Shown: piece by piece, positions 1-11,963 of the stretch | Layout of the letters: the number at the start of each line of letters is the position of its first letter | How positions within the stretch are numbered: the stretch's first letter is position 1 | NCBI RefSeq assembly: GCF_009914755.1 | Contig: NC_060937.1 | Reading direction: 5' to 3' (one strand) | Length of the DNA: 64,000 nucleotides | DNA from: the human T2T-CHM13v2.0 reference genome, Homo sapiens | Notes under the pieces: generated by a model | Seen by the model: the letters and a program-made list of their open reading frames with translations, nothing else | What the model was told of the DNA's origin: nothing | The model's database searches: none | Position numbers and translations under genes: made by a program

Positions 1-700
1 TCTTCTGAGACATATCAGGAGGAAATTATTAATGTGTAGGCGAAGCAGTAATTTGATTTAACGAGGGTTAGTGATGATTCTAGCAAACATGGTGGAGAAA
101 GAGAGGACAAGGAAGTTGAGGATATACATAGGAAGATGTAATAGTAGAATATGAAATTCGTTAAGGAAGAAAGTGCAGGAAAAGGGAGGGTAAGGTAGTT
201 AAAAGCAGTAGAATCCATGGATTATAGGTCTTGAGATAACTGAAGAATCGCTGGAGTCAGGTTGCTATAGATGATGATTAGGAACGAAAGGAAGTGATGA
301 CAAGAACGGACAATGCCAAAAATGCTTGAAAGTTACACCCTGGATGCCAGTACTTTTGAAGTCCATAGAATGATGAGAGAAGTGTGTGGGTGAAGAAGAT
401 TGAAGGACAGCATCATTAGAGAAAGGAAATTAGAAGAGAAGAGAAGTTAAGATACTGAAAAGATCAGCCACGTGAACATCAGAACTACCATAAATTAAGG
501 CAGTCGTATTAGAATGAGTCCCTTTTCAGTATCATTGTAGAATAAGGGGAAATGATACAGAAGGTCTGTTGATGGCCAAACAAGAACCAAGATGTGTAGA
601 GAATGTCATAGGCTGACACAGTAACATCAAATCTGGGTAATTTCAGGCAGGAGGGAATTAAAATGATCTACAAAGTGCAACAAAGAGGAAAAAGACTGTA
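1..700 (-). mobile_element. Ancient LINE-2 (L2) fragment, ORF2 region
   Basis: Purine-rich segment (e.g. gaaggacagcatcattagagaaagg...gaaaagatcagccacgtgaacatcagaactacca) resembles the reverse complement of the L2 ORF2 consensus. Highly diverged; boundaries approximate. Confidence 0.55.
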
Positions 701-2701
701 TCCTGTCCTGTATATCACTGACCAGGAGCAACGTTGTGAGAAATACAGGATAACACACAACCACCACTTGAGAAGCTGCAGGAAAAGTTTCCAATGATGG
801 TGGGATATATTGGTTACAACAACAAGGTTATATAAACATAATAGAAGAAACAAAGCTCATAGATTTCGCTGCTCATGGATTGTGAATTCCAGAAACCAAA
901 GTTGAAGGGTTATGTATAGTTGATGTAGATTCAATTATGAGGTGAAACGTGAAAGGCACAGAGTAAAATTGGATTACTAATCAGGACAAGCATAGTGCAA
1001 ATGTTTCAGCCATTTTGTTGAGGTGAGGCTATGAGTCTGAAAATGGGGAGAAAATAAAAATACCTTGTTAAGCATCTCAAATGATCTTGACTCTTCTTCA
1101 TGTCAGTGTGGAGGCCAGGAGTGATGCTGTCTGATCACGAAGTAGTTAATTATGGAGACCTCTTAATTTATAAGTATTTGTGTGGGTATATAAACATGTA
1201 TGCCTGTGTGCGTGTTTCTATAATTATTTTTATAATTATCTCATATTAGCAATATCAAGGGAACCATTAGTGTCAGATTGTTTAGGGGCATTTTCAGACT
1301 ATTTAGGGGTATTATTTGGGGTTACATTGTGAATATTTTATTTAGGAATATTAGCTAAATTAGAAATATTTAATCATTTAGTGACTATTGAATATACGAT
1401 ATTTTTGAATAATAATTACACATCACAAATCATTCTCTGTTCATTTTGAGGAAATAATTTAGCACCTACTTCTGATGTAATTGTCTCTGAAAAAAATGGG
1501 AGTGGGAGCATCAGGAATAGACAGATTCCTCATGGTTAGAAATCAATAGAAAGGAATTACTGTAACAGTGGGACCCTGGGAAGGCAGGGCAAGTTATCTG
1601 TCTCACTGATGTTCTGAGTCCTGAACAGACACTTTTAATTTTCTAAGAATAAGCCTAGGGAAAAACTAAGGGCAGTAAAGTCATGTCATGGGCCAGGATG
1701 GCTCACCAAGATCCTATCTGTCATCAGCCTTATCTATCCACTGGAAATGGATGCCCAGATGTTGAAAATATATATATTGGGATAGGGATAGAAATATGTG
1801 AATATAGACCATGTAAACTATGGAAAAAGGGAAGGTAGGATTATGATTGGATGGATAGAAAAGATTTGGATTTGTGTATTTTTTTATTTATATATTTATA
1901 TATCATAGTGATATATATATATTTTATTTGTATATAGATTTTTAAAATTTTCTCCCGTGGACTTGATATTTTAGATCATCCTTATTTAGCTCTTAATCTT
2001 TTGAATCAGATACATTTCACACAAGACACAATGTAAAACAACCAACATTTTTTCCAGATGGAAAAGAAAAAATTATAATATTAGCTTTTAAATAATACAT
2101 CCATCCTGCAGTAATCTCTATCCTGAAGCCATCTCTATAATAAAGTCAGCCTCCAGGTATGAATAAGATTTCTATTGTGCTTTATTGATATGTTTTCCTT
2201 CTGCACACCCATTTTGTACCGTGTATATAACTGCTATTTTGAATTATATCCTTATATCTACATGAAGTGTCTTCCCTGTGTGTTCTTCTCTTTTGAAATT
2301 GTCTTGGCTCTCCCTGCATTTTTATTGTTCCTTACTTTCAGAATCAGCTTCCAACATAAACTTTTGCCATTTTGATGAGCTTTGTATTTATTAACATGGG
2401 AACTGACATACATTAATTCACATATCTCCCTATGAAGATCTAGGGACATATGTAAATTCAAAATTTATCTTCTTCTAGGGAAGATCTAGGGATACGTTAA
2501 TTCAAAACTCTCCTTATGAATATTTTTGTTGCTAGTGTAAAGGCAAATTATTTTATATTGTATTTTCTAGTTGGTAATTCCTGGTATATAGAAAAGCTGT
2601 TGAATTTTCCATGCTGACCACGCAAAATTGCTGAAAGCACCTTACATTTCCTTGAAATGTATGTATAAATTATTTTTGATTTATCATATTGGTAATCATG
2701 A

Positions 2702-3282
2702 TGTGTCAATCAGGCTTCTCCAGAGAAACAGAGGCAATAGGAGAGAGAGGTACCATAAATAGATAAATGGCTATATATAAATATGTATTTTATAGGAACA
2801 TATTATAATTTGATAGACTATATTATATAGATGATTAATATATAGTGTTATAAATATCTTCATATTTAATATATGTATGTGTATGCATATATGTGAATAT
2901 TTGTGTGTGTGTATATATATATGTATACATGTATGTGTGTGTCTGTGTGTATGTATTATATATAGGAATTGGTTCAGATAATTGGATCCTGGAAAGTCTG
3001 AAATCCACAGGGCAGGCTGGAACCTCAGGCAGGAATTTTATGCTAAAGTCTTGAGACAGAATTTATTCTTTCCTGGGAAATTTGTATTTTCTGTTAAGGC
3101 CTTCAACTGATTGAATGAGGCCTACCCTCATCATCCACGATAATGTGCTTTACTTAAAGTGAACTGATTTTAGATGTTAATCACTTATACAAAATACCTT
3201 TATAGCAATATCTAGACTAGTGTTTGGCCTAACAACCGAACGCCATAGCCTGCCAAATTGGCACACAAAATTAGCCATTACA
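2702..3282 (-). mobile_element. MLT2D-like ERVL solo LTR with internal AT/TG-rich expansion
   Basis: Termini tgtgtcaatcaggcttctccagagaaacag...caaattggcacacaaaattagccattaca match the MLT2 consensus reverse complement. 5-bp TSD catga/catgc. Confidence 0.85.
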
Positions 3283-4297
3283 CATGCAAACTACAAATTA
3301 CTGTAAAAAAATTTTCCCTCACAATCTTTAGGCTTCCCATTTAGTTTACATACTGAACTTTTGAATTACTTAAAAATAATTTTAAACATTAGTGGTAAAA
3401 GCAGGCATTCTTGTCCTTTTAATCTTTAATAAGAAGATGTTTTTAAGTTTTTTCATTGACTTTGATGTCTGCCTTCTTCTGCCTTATTCCTTCTCAGGGT
3501 GTGGTTATATTCTATGTCAAAATAAGAATCTTTTACCTGTTTCTTATTTCCTAAGAGTCTATTTACATTTTTAATGTTTGAACTTTGAAAAATTATCTTT
3601 TTCAACCTATTTACATTTTATTTATAATATTTATCAAGATTTTCTATGACAATCATTTTCTCCATTGATCATTTACAGAAATATTCAATGCCATTAGCTC
3701 ACATGCAAGGGATAAAACCTACTAAAGTAAAATGAGTAATGTTTAATACACTATATAACAAACTGACTAATTATACCAAGATTATCAAACTCTTTTCATA
3801 AGAGTATTTTGCTCATAATTTTTCTCCTATAATGCTTTGAAGTATTTTATCATAAAAGTACGTTGAATTTATAAATTGCGTTGGACAAAACTTTTCACAT
3901 TTTCTACTTCCTAGATATATTTGTGAGAGGAAGAAATTATCTACTTCTAAATAATTTGGTGGAATTTACCTATAAATTGCTTGGTTCTGAGGCTTTTGTC
4001 AGGGTGTACAGGGTGGGAGAAGAGTGATTGGTTTCCATTGCATGCTATCAGATGTTTATTGTAGCATTCAAAGTAGTTTTTATAACCAAGTTTGCTTATT
4101 ATAAGTTCTAGAAAATGTGGCCATTTCAGTTAGAATTTTTATATTTTGCCATTTAAAGTTTGTAGAATCTATTATGGTCTTTAAAAGCTCTGCAACAGAT
4201 TTTATTATTTTATACATTTATTTTACTTTCTCTTTGCCACCCTTTGAAAAAATTCTTTTTGCAATAATTTCATCTATCATAATACTTTTTATTTTTT

Positions 4298-4427
4298 ATT
4301 TTAATTCAACTTAATTTAAGTTGAATTAAAATTAATTAATTAATTCAACTTAATTTAAGTTGAATTAAAATGAAATTTAATTAATTAAGTTAAATTTAAT
4401 ATACAAATTAAAACTTAATTTAAGTTT
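4298..4427. repeat. Tandemly repeated AT-rich perfect palindromes
   Basis: attttaattcaacttaa-t-ttaagttgaattaaaat (4298-4332); second copy 4340-4368; shorter core at 4411-4427. Confidence 0.9.
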
Positions 4428-4814
4428 ACCCTTGTATATTTACTACCTTAGCATTCTCATCACTGGGTTTATATTTTTGCTAACTTTCTTAGCCTTACAA
4501 TTAACCCTTCATCCCTTCGTGCTAGTTATTGTATTTTTCTTAAAAGCAGTGTTCATATCTACAAAATCCCTCTAAATACTGATTTGACTTAACTGATATG
4601 CAGCGTGTTCTATGTTACATATGATTTTCTTGTAAACCAATGAGTATATAGGAGTATATAATTTGGTCTCCAGTTATATTTCTTAAATTCACATTTCTGT
4701 AATATATTTTAATATTTGGGTTGTTGTTGGAAAATTTCATGTGCATTTGCAGAGAAGCTTCTTAAGATTTCCCTTGTAGCCTACTACATGGTCAGTTTGA
4801 GAGATAATTATCTG

Positions 4815-6332
4815 ATCTAAAGTTACCTCCATTCTGCTAAATCTAATGGCCAGTTTTTAAACTTACCTTACTGGATCTATAAGCAAAAGTGATAACTCCA
4901 CCTCCTTGAAGTACTTTGCTAGGTTGACAGTGTACCCCGCTTTCTTGGTTTTCCTTTGTTCTCATTGACAGCTTTTCTCAGTCTCCTGTGAAGGTCCTCA
5001 CATCTCTATCTCAATATATCATAGTGAGCTTGATTTAGTTGGTCTCTTTTGCTTTCTTCTTTCATTGTCTTCCTTCTCTTTACTTCCCTTTCCTCTTTCT
5101 CTTCTCTTTCCTTCTCCCTACCTTCTCCCCTTCCCTCTCCCTTGCTCCCTTACCCACTCAGTTCTGCTTTCTCTCTCTCTTCTTCTTTCTCCCCATCTCT
5201 GTTTCTCTTCTTCCTCTCTCCCCGTTTCTCTTCTCCCTCTCATTTTCTTTTCTCTCTCTTCTCTCTCTCATTTTCTTTCTCCCTTTTCCTCCCTATCAGT
5301 TATATTAGAATTATCTATGATTCTAATTAAATAAACTTATACCATCAATTTCAAGCCTTTCCAATTTGGCACATTCATATTTAGCTGCCTACTCTTCACC
5401 TCCGCTTAAATATCTTATAAGCAACAAAAAATTATCAATTACAAAACTTAGCTGCTGATATTCTGTTCTATATCTCTTGCTTTTCTTGCAGCATCTCCCA
5501 TCTTATCAAATAAAAAATCCATTTTTATACTGGTTCAAACAAAAATATTTAGTGTAATCTTTAACTTCTTACTTTTTCTCAGCCACCACTGCAGCTAATA
5601 TGGTTAAGTCAGTTTTCAGAATAAATCCAGAAACAGGCCACTTCTTACTACCTTTGCAACTATCAGTTTATGCAAACATTATTTCTTACCTGAATAATCG
5701 TCACAGCTCCCTAATTACTCACCTAGTTTCTGTCTTTGCCACTTATAGGCAATTTTTAACACAGAAGTCCAAATGATCCTATTAAAATATAAATCACTCT
5801 CTGCTTAAAATACTCATGGCTTCCTGTTATACTCTGAATTATAGCCAAAATTTATAAGCTTACTTCCCAAGTCCCTGTGATAATCTCAGGTCCCACTGTC
5901 TTTTCTCCTTCACCACTAGGCTGAAGTACAAGGCATTTCCCTCATTCCAGTATAAAGAATGGATAATGTATACGTACTTGGAATATTCTTCCTCTCCACT
6001 TTACTTCCTAGATTCTTTCAAATCTTTACTCAACTTTACTTTCTAGGTAAAGACATTCTATCCATCCCCTCCTAATTCAAACTTTCCTTGCCATATGTTT
6101 TTATCAGTACTTGTCGTCATATAATGTATAACCTGTATAATTTATATAGTTTATTTATTGTAGGCAACCTCCTACAATAAGGTTGTAGGATGTAAGATGT
6201 AAGATGACTTATAAGGAGACTGGGATTTTTGTCATTTTGCTTCTCCCTAGAACTGCATGGTCTAGAACAGTGCTACCAACTACTAAATGCAATATAAGCT
6301 TTGATATAATGAATTAATAACTAATGAATGAA
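4815..6332 (+). mobile_element. LINE-2 (L2a-like) 3' portion
   Basis: acctccattctgctaaatctaatggccag... matches the L2 RT region. It ends with the L2 3' terminus (tctagaacagtgct...aatgaatgaa) and is interrupted by a CT-rich tract. Confidence 0.75.
5040..5295. repeat. CT-rich polypyrimidine low-complexity tract
   Basis: About 250 bp almost entirely C/T. Confidence 0.9.
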
Positions 6333-7204
6333 ATTCCTGCACACATTAAATGTCTCTTTACTTCCCCCATGTTAGCTCATGTTGCACGACATCTCTCAGG
6401 TACCTTGGCACATAACCTGTTGGGGTTGAATTCTATCTTGAACTCAGGTAGAAGACTTTAGAGGACAAAGAGTTAACCACTCCTCACTTACCCTGCCAAC
6501 GTATTTTCAGGTAACCTTGACTGTCACATTACCTCCCAATACCACCATGCTTGTCACATTGAGCTTTTTGTAATTTCCCAGTGCATGACTTAAAAGAGAG
6601 CAAAGAGTTGGCCACCATCTATCCACACAGTATTATAGGTTTCCCAGCTTTATAGCCTTCTTTGATTTTCTGACCTGTACAGAATGAGGTACTGTAGCTT
6701 TTACACTCTGCTGACTGAGTTACTCACTAACTTCCCAGTACAATGTGGACAGCTTACTTCGTATAAATTAGTCTTGACATTCTCCTTTCATAGGCTGCCG
6801 TTTTTTTAGAACATAGAGTTCCCTGACTCATTTCCAGAACTCCGTATTTTTCCTTGTAGTTTCTTTGGTTAGTATCGAATCATCCACACCCATCTCATGT
6901 TTGTGGCACTCCTAAACTTGAGGTCAGAGTAGGAAGTGAACAGCCTTTACTGGTGAGCCACAGTATCTGCAACTTGATGCAAATTGTAAAGACCAAAAGT
7001 TGCAATATATTACTGAAACTCTGCTTACAGAATTATTACACTTTAATGAAACTACAAATGGTTCCAGATAGAGTAAATGGCAGAAAATGATGATGATTTC
7101 ACTCATTTCTTAAAAGGTTATAATTATTTCTTTTGTATCGGAAAAAAAATAGAGTAACTACCATAGTTCAACACCAAACTATATTAGTTTTCTGTTTGTG
7201 TTTT

Positions 7205-9115
7205 TTTTTTTTTTTTTAATTTTATTTTTATTGATCATTCTTGGGTGTTTCTCACAGAGAGGGATTTGGCAGGGTCATAGGACAATAGTGGAGGGAAGGT
7301 CAGCAGATAAACAAGTGAACAAAGGTCTCTGGTTTTCCTAGGCAGAGGACCCTGCGGCCTTCCGCAGTGTTTGTGTCCCTGGGTACTTGAGATTAGGGAG
7401 TGGTGATGACTCTTAAGGAGCATGCTGCCTTCAAGCATCTGTTTAACAAAGCACATCTTGCACCGCCCTTAATCCATTTAACCCTGAGTGGACACAGCAC
7501 ATGTTTCAGAGAGACAGGGTTGGGGGTTAAGGTCACAGATCAACAGGATCCCAAGGCAGAAGAATCTTTCTTAGTACAGAACAAAATGAAAAGTCTCCCA
7601 TGTCTACTTCTTTCCACACAGACACGGCAACCATCCGATTTCTCAATCTTTTCCCCACCTTTCCCCGCTTTCTATTCCACAAAGCCGCCATTGTCATCCT
7701 GGCCCATTCTCAATGAGCTGTTGGGCACACCTCCCAGACGGGGTGGTGGCCGGGCAGAGGGGCTCCTCACTTCCCAGTAGGGGCGGCCGGGCAGAGGCGC
7801 CCCTCACCTCCCTGGTGGGGCGGCTGGCCGGGCGGGGGGCTGACCCCCCCACCTCCCTCCCGGATGGGGCGGCTGGCCAGGCGGGGGGCTGACCCCCCCA
7901 CCTCCCTCCCGGATGGGGTGGCTGGCCGGGCAGAGGGGCTCCTCACTTCCCAGTAGGGGTGGCCGGGCAGAGGCGCCCCTCACCTCCCGGATGAGGCGGC
8001 TGGCCGGGCGGGGGGCTGACCCCCCCACCTCCCTCCCGGACGGGGCAGCTGGCCGGGCAGAGGGGCTCCTCACTTCCCAGTAGGGGTGGCCGGGCAGAGG
8101 CGCCCCTCACCTCCCGGACGGGGCGGCTGGCCGGGCGGGGGGCTGACCCCCCACCTCCCTCCCGGATGGGGCGGCTGGCCAGGCGGGGGGCTGACCCCCC
8201 CACCTCCCTCCCGGATGGGGCGGCTGGCCGGGCAGGGGGCTGACCCCCCACCTCCCTCCTGGACAGGGCGGCTGCCGGGCGGAGACGCTCCTCACTTCCC
8301 AGATGGGGTGGCTGCCGGGTGGAGGGGCTCCTCACTTCTCAGACGGGGCGGCTGCCGGGTGGAGGGTCTCCTCACTTCTCAGACGGGGCGGTTGCCAGGC
8401 GGAGGGTCTCCTCCCTTCTCAGATGGGGCGGCTGGGCAGAGACGCTCCTCACCTCCCAGATGGGGTCGCGACCGGGCAGAGGCGCTCCTCACATCCCAAA
8501 CGGGGCGGTGGCGCAAAGGCACTCCCCACATCTCAGACGATGGGCGGCTGGGCAGAGATGCTCCTCAGTTCCTAGATGGGATGGCGGCAGGGAAGAGGCG
8601 CTCCTCACTTCCTAGATGGGATGGCGGCTGGGCAGAGACGCTCCTCACTTTCCAGACTGGGCAGCCAGGCAGAGGGGCTCCTAACATCCCAGATGATGGG
8701 CGGCCAGGCAGAGACGCTCCTCACTTCCTAGACGGGGTGGCGGCCGGGCAGAGGCTGCACTCTGGGCACTTTGGGAGGCCAAGGCAGGCGGCTGGGAGGT
8801 GGAAGTTGTAGCGAGCCGAGATCACACCACTGCACTCCATCTTGGGCACCATTGAGCACTGAGTGAACCAGACACTGTCTGCAATCCCGGCACCTCCGGA
8901 GGCCGAGGCTGGCGGATCACTCGCGGTTAGGAGCTGGAGGCCAGCCCGGCAACACAGCGAAACCCCGTCTCCACCAAAAAAATACGAAAACCAGTCAGGC
9001 GTGGCGGAGCGCGCCTGCAGTCGCAGGCACTCGGCAGGCTGAGGCAGGAGAATCAGGCAGGGAGGTTGCAGTGAGCCGAGATGGCAGCAGTACAGTCCAG
9101 CTTCGGCTAGGCATC
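7205..9115 (-). mobile_element. SVA retrotransposon (D-F age group), lacking the CCCTCT hexamer head
   Basis: Poly(T) tail from 7201, SINE-R (~7225-7730), GC-rich VNTR (~7730-8750), Alu-like domain (~8750-9115). TSD tgtgtttt at 7197-7204 and 9117-9124, followed by aa (L1 EN TTTT/AA site). Confidence 0.97.
7730..8750. repeat. SVA VNTR (~35-50 bp GC-rich units; G-quadruplex-prone)
   Basis: Repeated units such as ggctggccgggcggggggctgacccccccacctccctcccgga and gggcagaggggctcctcacttccca. Confidence 0.95.
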
Positions 9116-9469
9116 CTGTGTTTTAAACTAGTATAAAAATATTTAAAATATTCTAGTATTCAAGGAAAGAGAAAAAAAAGTTTTCTTTCCCTCTGTGCTC
9201 TTTCATTTTTATATTACCAAACTTTATCTCTGCTCCATTAAATAAGTCCTTGCTCTGGTAGGCCAGAGGTGGAACCAGTGGAGAATATTGCTTGCAGAAA
9301 AGGCCAAAGAGTGCTTTAAACTTTTAGGGATTTCAACATTAAAACACTTACACGAATGAGGATTTCATGGGTGTTTGAGGCATGAATTCACAATCAGACC
9401 AATTTTAGTACAATTTATGTTTTTGTTTTATATAACTATATAAGCATAATCTTCCTCTGTCTATGCTGT

Positions 9470-9612
9470 TAGTTTTCTTCTCTACAAGTAATGCTAATAC
9501 TTTATCAAATACATTTTCTGTGAACTCTAAAGATAGTATGCCTGCAAAGGATTTAGCACAGCATTTAGTATATCATGAGCACTCAATTATGGTAGCCATT
9601 ATTATTATTATC
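9470..9612 (+). mobile_element. MIR 3' fragment
   Basis: aaaggatttagcacagcatttagtatatcatgagcactcaattatggtagccattattattatt resembles the MIR 3' end. Confidence 0.55.
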
Positions 9613-10829
9613 TTTTTATAATTCTAACATGAAGAAAATATGTTACTTAATTAAATACACAAGGAAATGAAAATATAGAACTGCATATATGTAAGTCTGA
9701 CATTTGTAGATATTTCATTATTATTTAGAATTAAGTTATTTTAAGAGAGTTGAAATTTGCATTGCATTGTAAACTCATATATTTCAGGAAAGAAAAGAGG
9801 AAAAAATGCCTCTTAAGGGATGATTTTCAGCCTATTATGAAGTATTTGAGATTCACCATTAAAATCTTTGAATTGCTTTGTATTATTTATTAATATAATT
9901 TGATTGTATTATAATCATCATAAGCCATTTCTAGCCAAGTCAACTTTCTGATTTTCTCATACCGTAATTTATACAACTGTTAGTTCATGAAACTAACACC
10001 AACTAAATTACTTGCCTTCAATTTAGAAATGTAATTTAAAGCCAAATATAATTCCTCAAAATTTGATGAAAACTCTTTCTTATTCAAACAACATCTTCAC
10101 TATGGAGTTATTCATGAAGAACACACACACACAGAATTTAATATAATGCTTTGCAATTGTGCTCATTTTTTCCATGCCATTTCTTCATTACTTTACTAGG
10201 CAAAAACATGCATATACTTCAAGGAACTTCACTTCTATGTTTTCATAGACATGTGCATCTCTCACTAGTTTGAATCATTGTTAAATTCATAATTATCTAG
10301 TTTTTTCCTGCACTTAGAATTAAATGAAGAGACGAGCTACTTTGCAGAAGACATCTATATATAGTGTGTGTGTGTGTATAAGCTCACGTGTGTGTGTTTC
10401 TGTGAATCTATAACAATCAGTCAATATGGAGCTTACATCTATTTTAAAATAGGGTGTTTATCCACCTTTATTTCAGCTATTTAGGTATCTACAACTATTT
10501 CAGCTATTTTGCCTTACAAACTTGCTCTTTAGATTCCTGATGGAAGATCAACACTGATGATATCTTAGTGATTTCGATTTTGTCACTGCATATGCTTAAT
10601 CCAAATAAACAAAAATTTCTTATCAAATAGTTATAAAGATAAAAATCTTTATAGCCTATTTAAAAATACTCTTCACTTTTCATAAATTCAGATAATTCTA
10701 GAAGTACATAGCTTTTATGTGGCTGCTAAATATATGGCTAAAATTAAAGACTGTCTATTTCAATCCTCTATCATGGTTTCATTGCTTCGAGCACTCTTAG
10801 CAGTCACCACCAAAAAAAGCAATGTGCCC

Positions 10830-11963
10830 TTTGTTAATAATAGCCATTCTGACAGGTGAGCAATGAAAAAAAAAAAAAGACAAGTGTTGGTGAGGATGTG
10901 GAGAAATTAGGAACCTTGCAAACTCTTCGTGGAAATGCAATACAGTTCAGTCAGTTCATACTATTTGGAAAACAGTATGGAAGTTCCTCAAAAAATAAAT
11001 AAATAAAAAGAAAACTACCATTTGGGCCAGTACTCATATTTCTGGATATATAACCAAAATACTTGAAATCAAAATCTTAAAGAGATATTTACACTCCCAA
11101 TGTTTATTGCAGCACTATTCACAACAGCCAAGATGCAGAAACAACCTAAATGTCCATTAATGGATGAATGCACAAAGAAAATATGGTATATACATACAAT
11201 AAATATTCACCCTTAGAAAAGAAAGTTCTTTAATATGAGATAATATGAGTAGGCCTGGGTAACATTATGTTTGGTGAAATAACCCAGTCACAGAAAGACA
11301 AATACTGCATAATTCCTTCTATATGAGATATCCAAAATAAATTCATAGAATCAAAAAGTGGAATGGTGGTTGTCAAGGCAACCATGGTAGGAGGGGGATA
11401 TGGACAGTTACCTATCAATGGGCACACAGTTTTTATTCAGTAAGATGAATAAGTTCTGGAGCTCTGGTGCACAACATGGGGCCTGCAGTCAACAACATTG
11501 TATTGGACACTTAAAATTTTATTAAAGGTTAGATCTCATGTTAAGTGTTCATACCGTAATAAAATAATTTAATAAATAAATTTAGGGTACATATAACATT
11601 TCAATTGTAGCAAATGCATTTCCTTTTCATTGGAAATTGATTTGATTACTGAAAAAGTTATTTTCAAAGAAAATTACATTTTAAAATCAACTATTAAGTC
11701 AAAATATACCAAACACATATTATAAAAATAAAACACAGAATGATGAGCATACTGCTAACTGTAGCTAAATAAAGGGGGTATCTCCAAAGTATGAATTGCA
11801 CTCCTTTTAGACAAATTCATTAATATGTAGTGATGATCATTTCCCGTTCAAGAACTCAACTGACTTGTATTTCTAACATTGATGCTTTCAGTGCTGCCTC
11901 TCAAAACCTCACAAAATGTGGTAAACAATAAAATAAAAATAGATGAAATTAAAAAAAAAGAAA
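10830..11963 (+). mobile_element. 5'-truncated L1MB-class element with short 5' inversion (10830-10865) and 3' transduced flank (~11580-11950)
   Basis: L1 ORF2 end and L1MB-type 3'UTR at 10866-11579 (…agatctcatgttaagtgttcataccgtaataaaataa). TSD core caatgtgccc at 10820-10829 and 11972-11981. AATAAA at 11927/11932, then an A-tail from 11951. Confidence 0.8.

Larger units (their letters stand above)
2520..4790 (-). mobile_element. Old L1M (L1ME-like) ORF2 remnant, interrupted by MLT2D
   Basis: Antisense L1 ORF2 hallmarks (tttttgttgctagtgtaaagg...ctggtatatagaaaagctgttgaatttt; agtggtaaaagcaggcattcttgtc; gggataaaacctact). Confidence 0.6.

Noticed and set aside
5039-5334. Three overlapping hydrophobic ORFs
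   Set aside because: Artefact of the CT-rich tract; the same applies to the ORFs at 22907-23158 and 34906-35334.
7730-8750. Repeat-spacer-like periodicity resembling CRISPR
   Set aside because: SVA VNTR units without unique spacers, in a primate context, with no cas genes.
7235-8811. Several GC-rich ORFs up to 241 aa
   Set aside because: All lie within the SVA VNTR/SINE-R; they are repetitive and stop-poor by composition.
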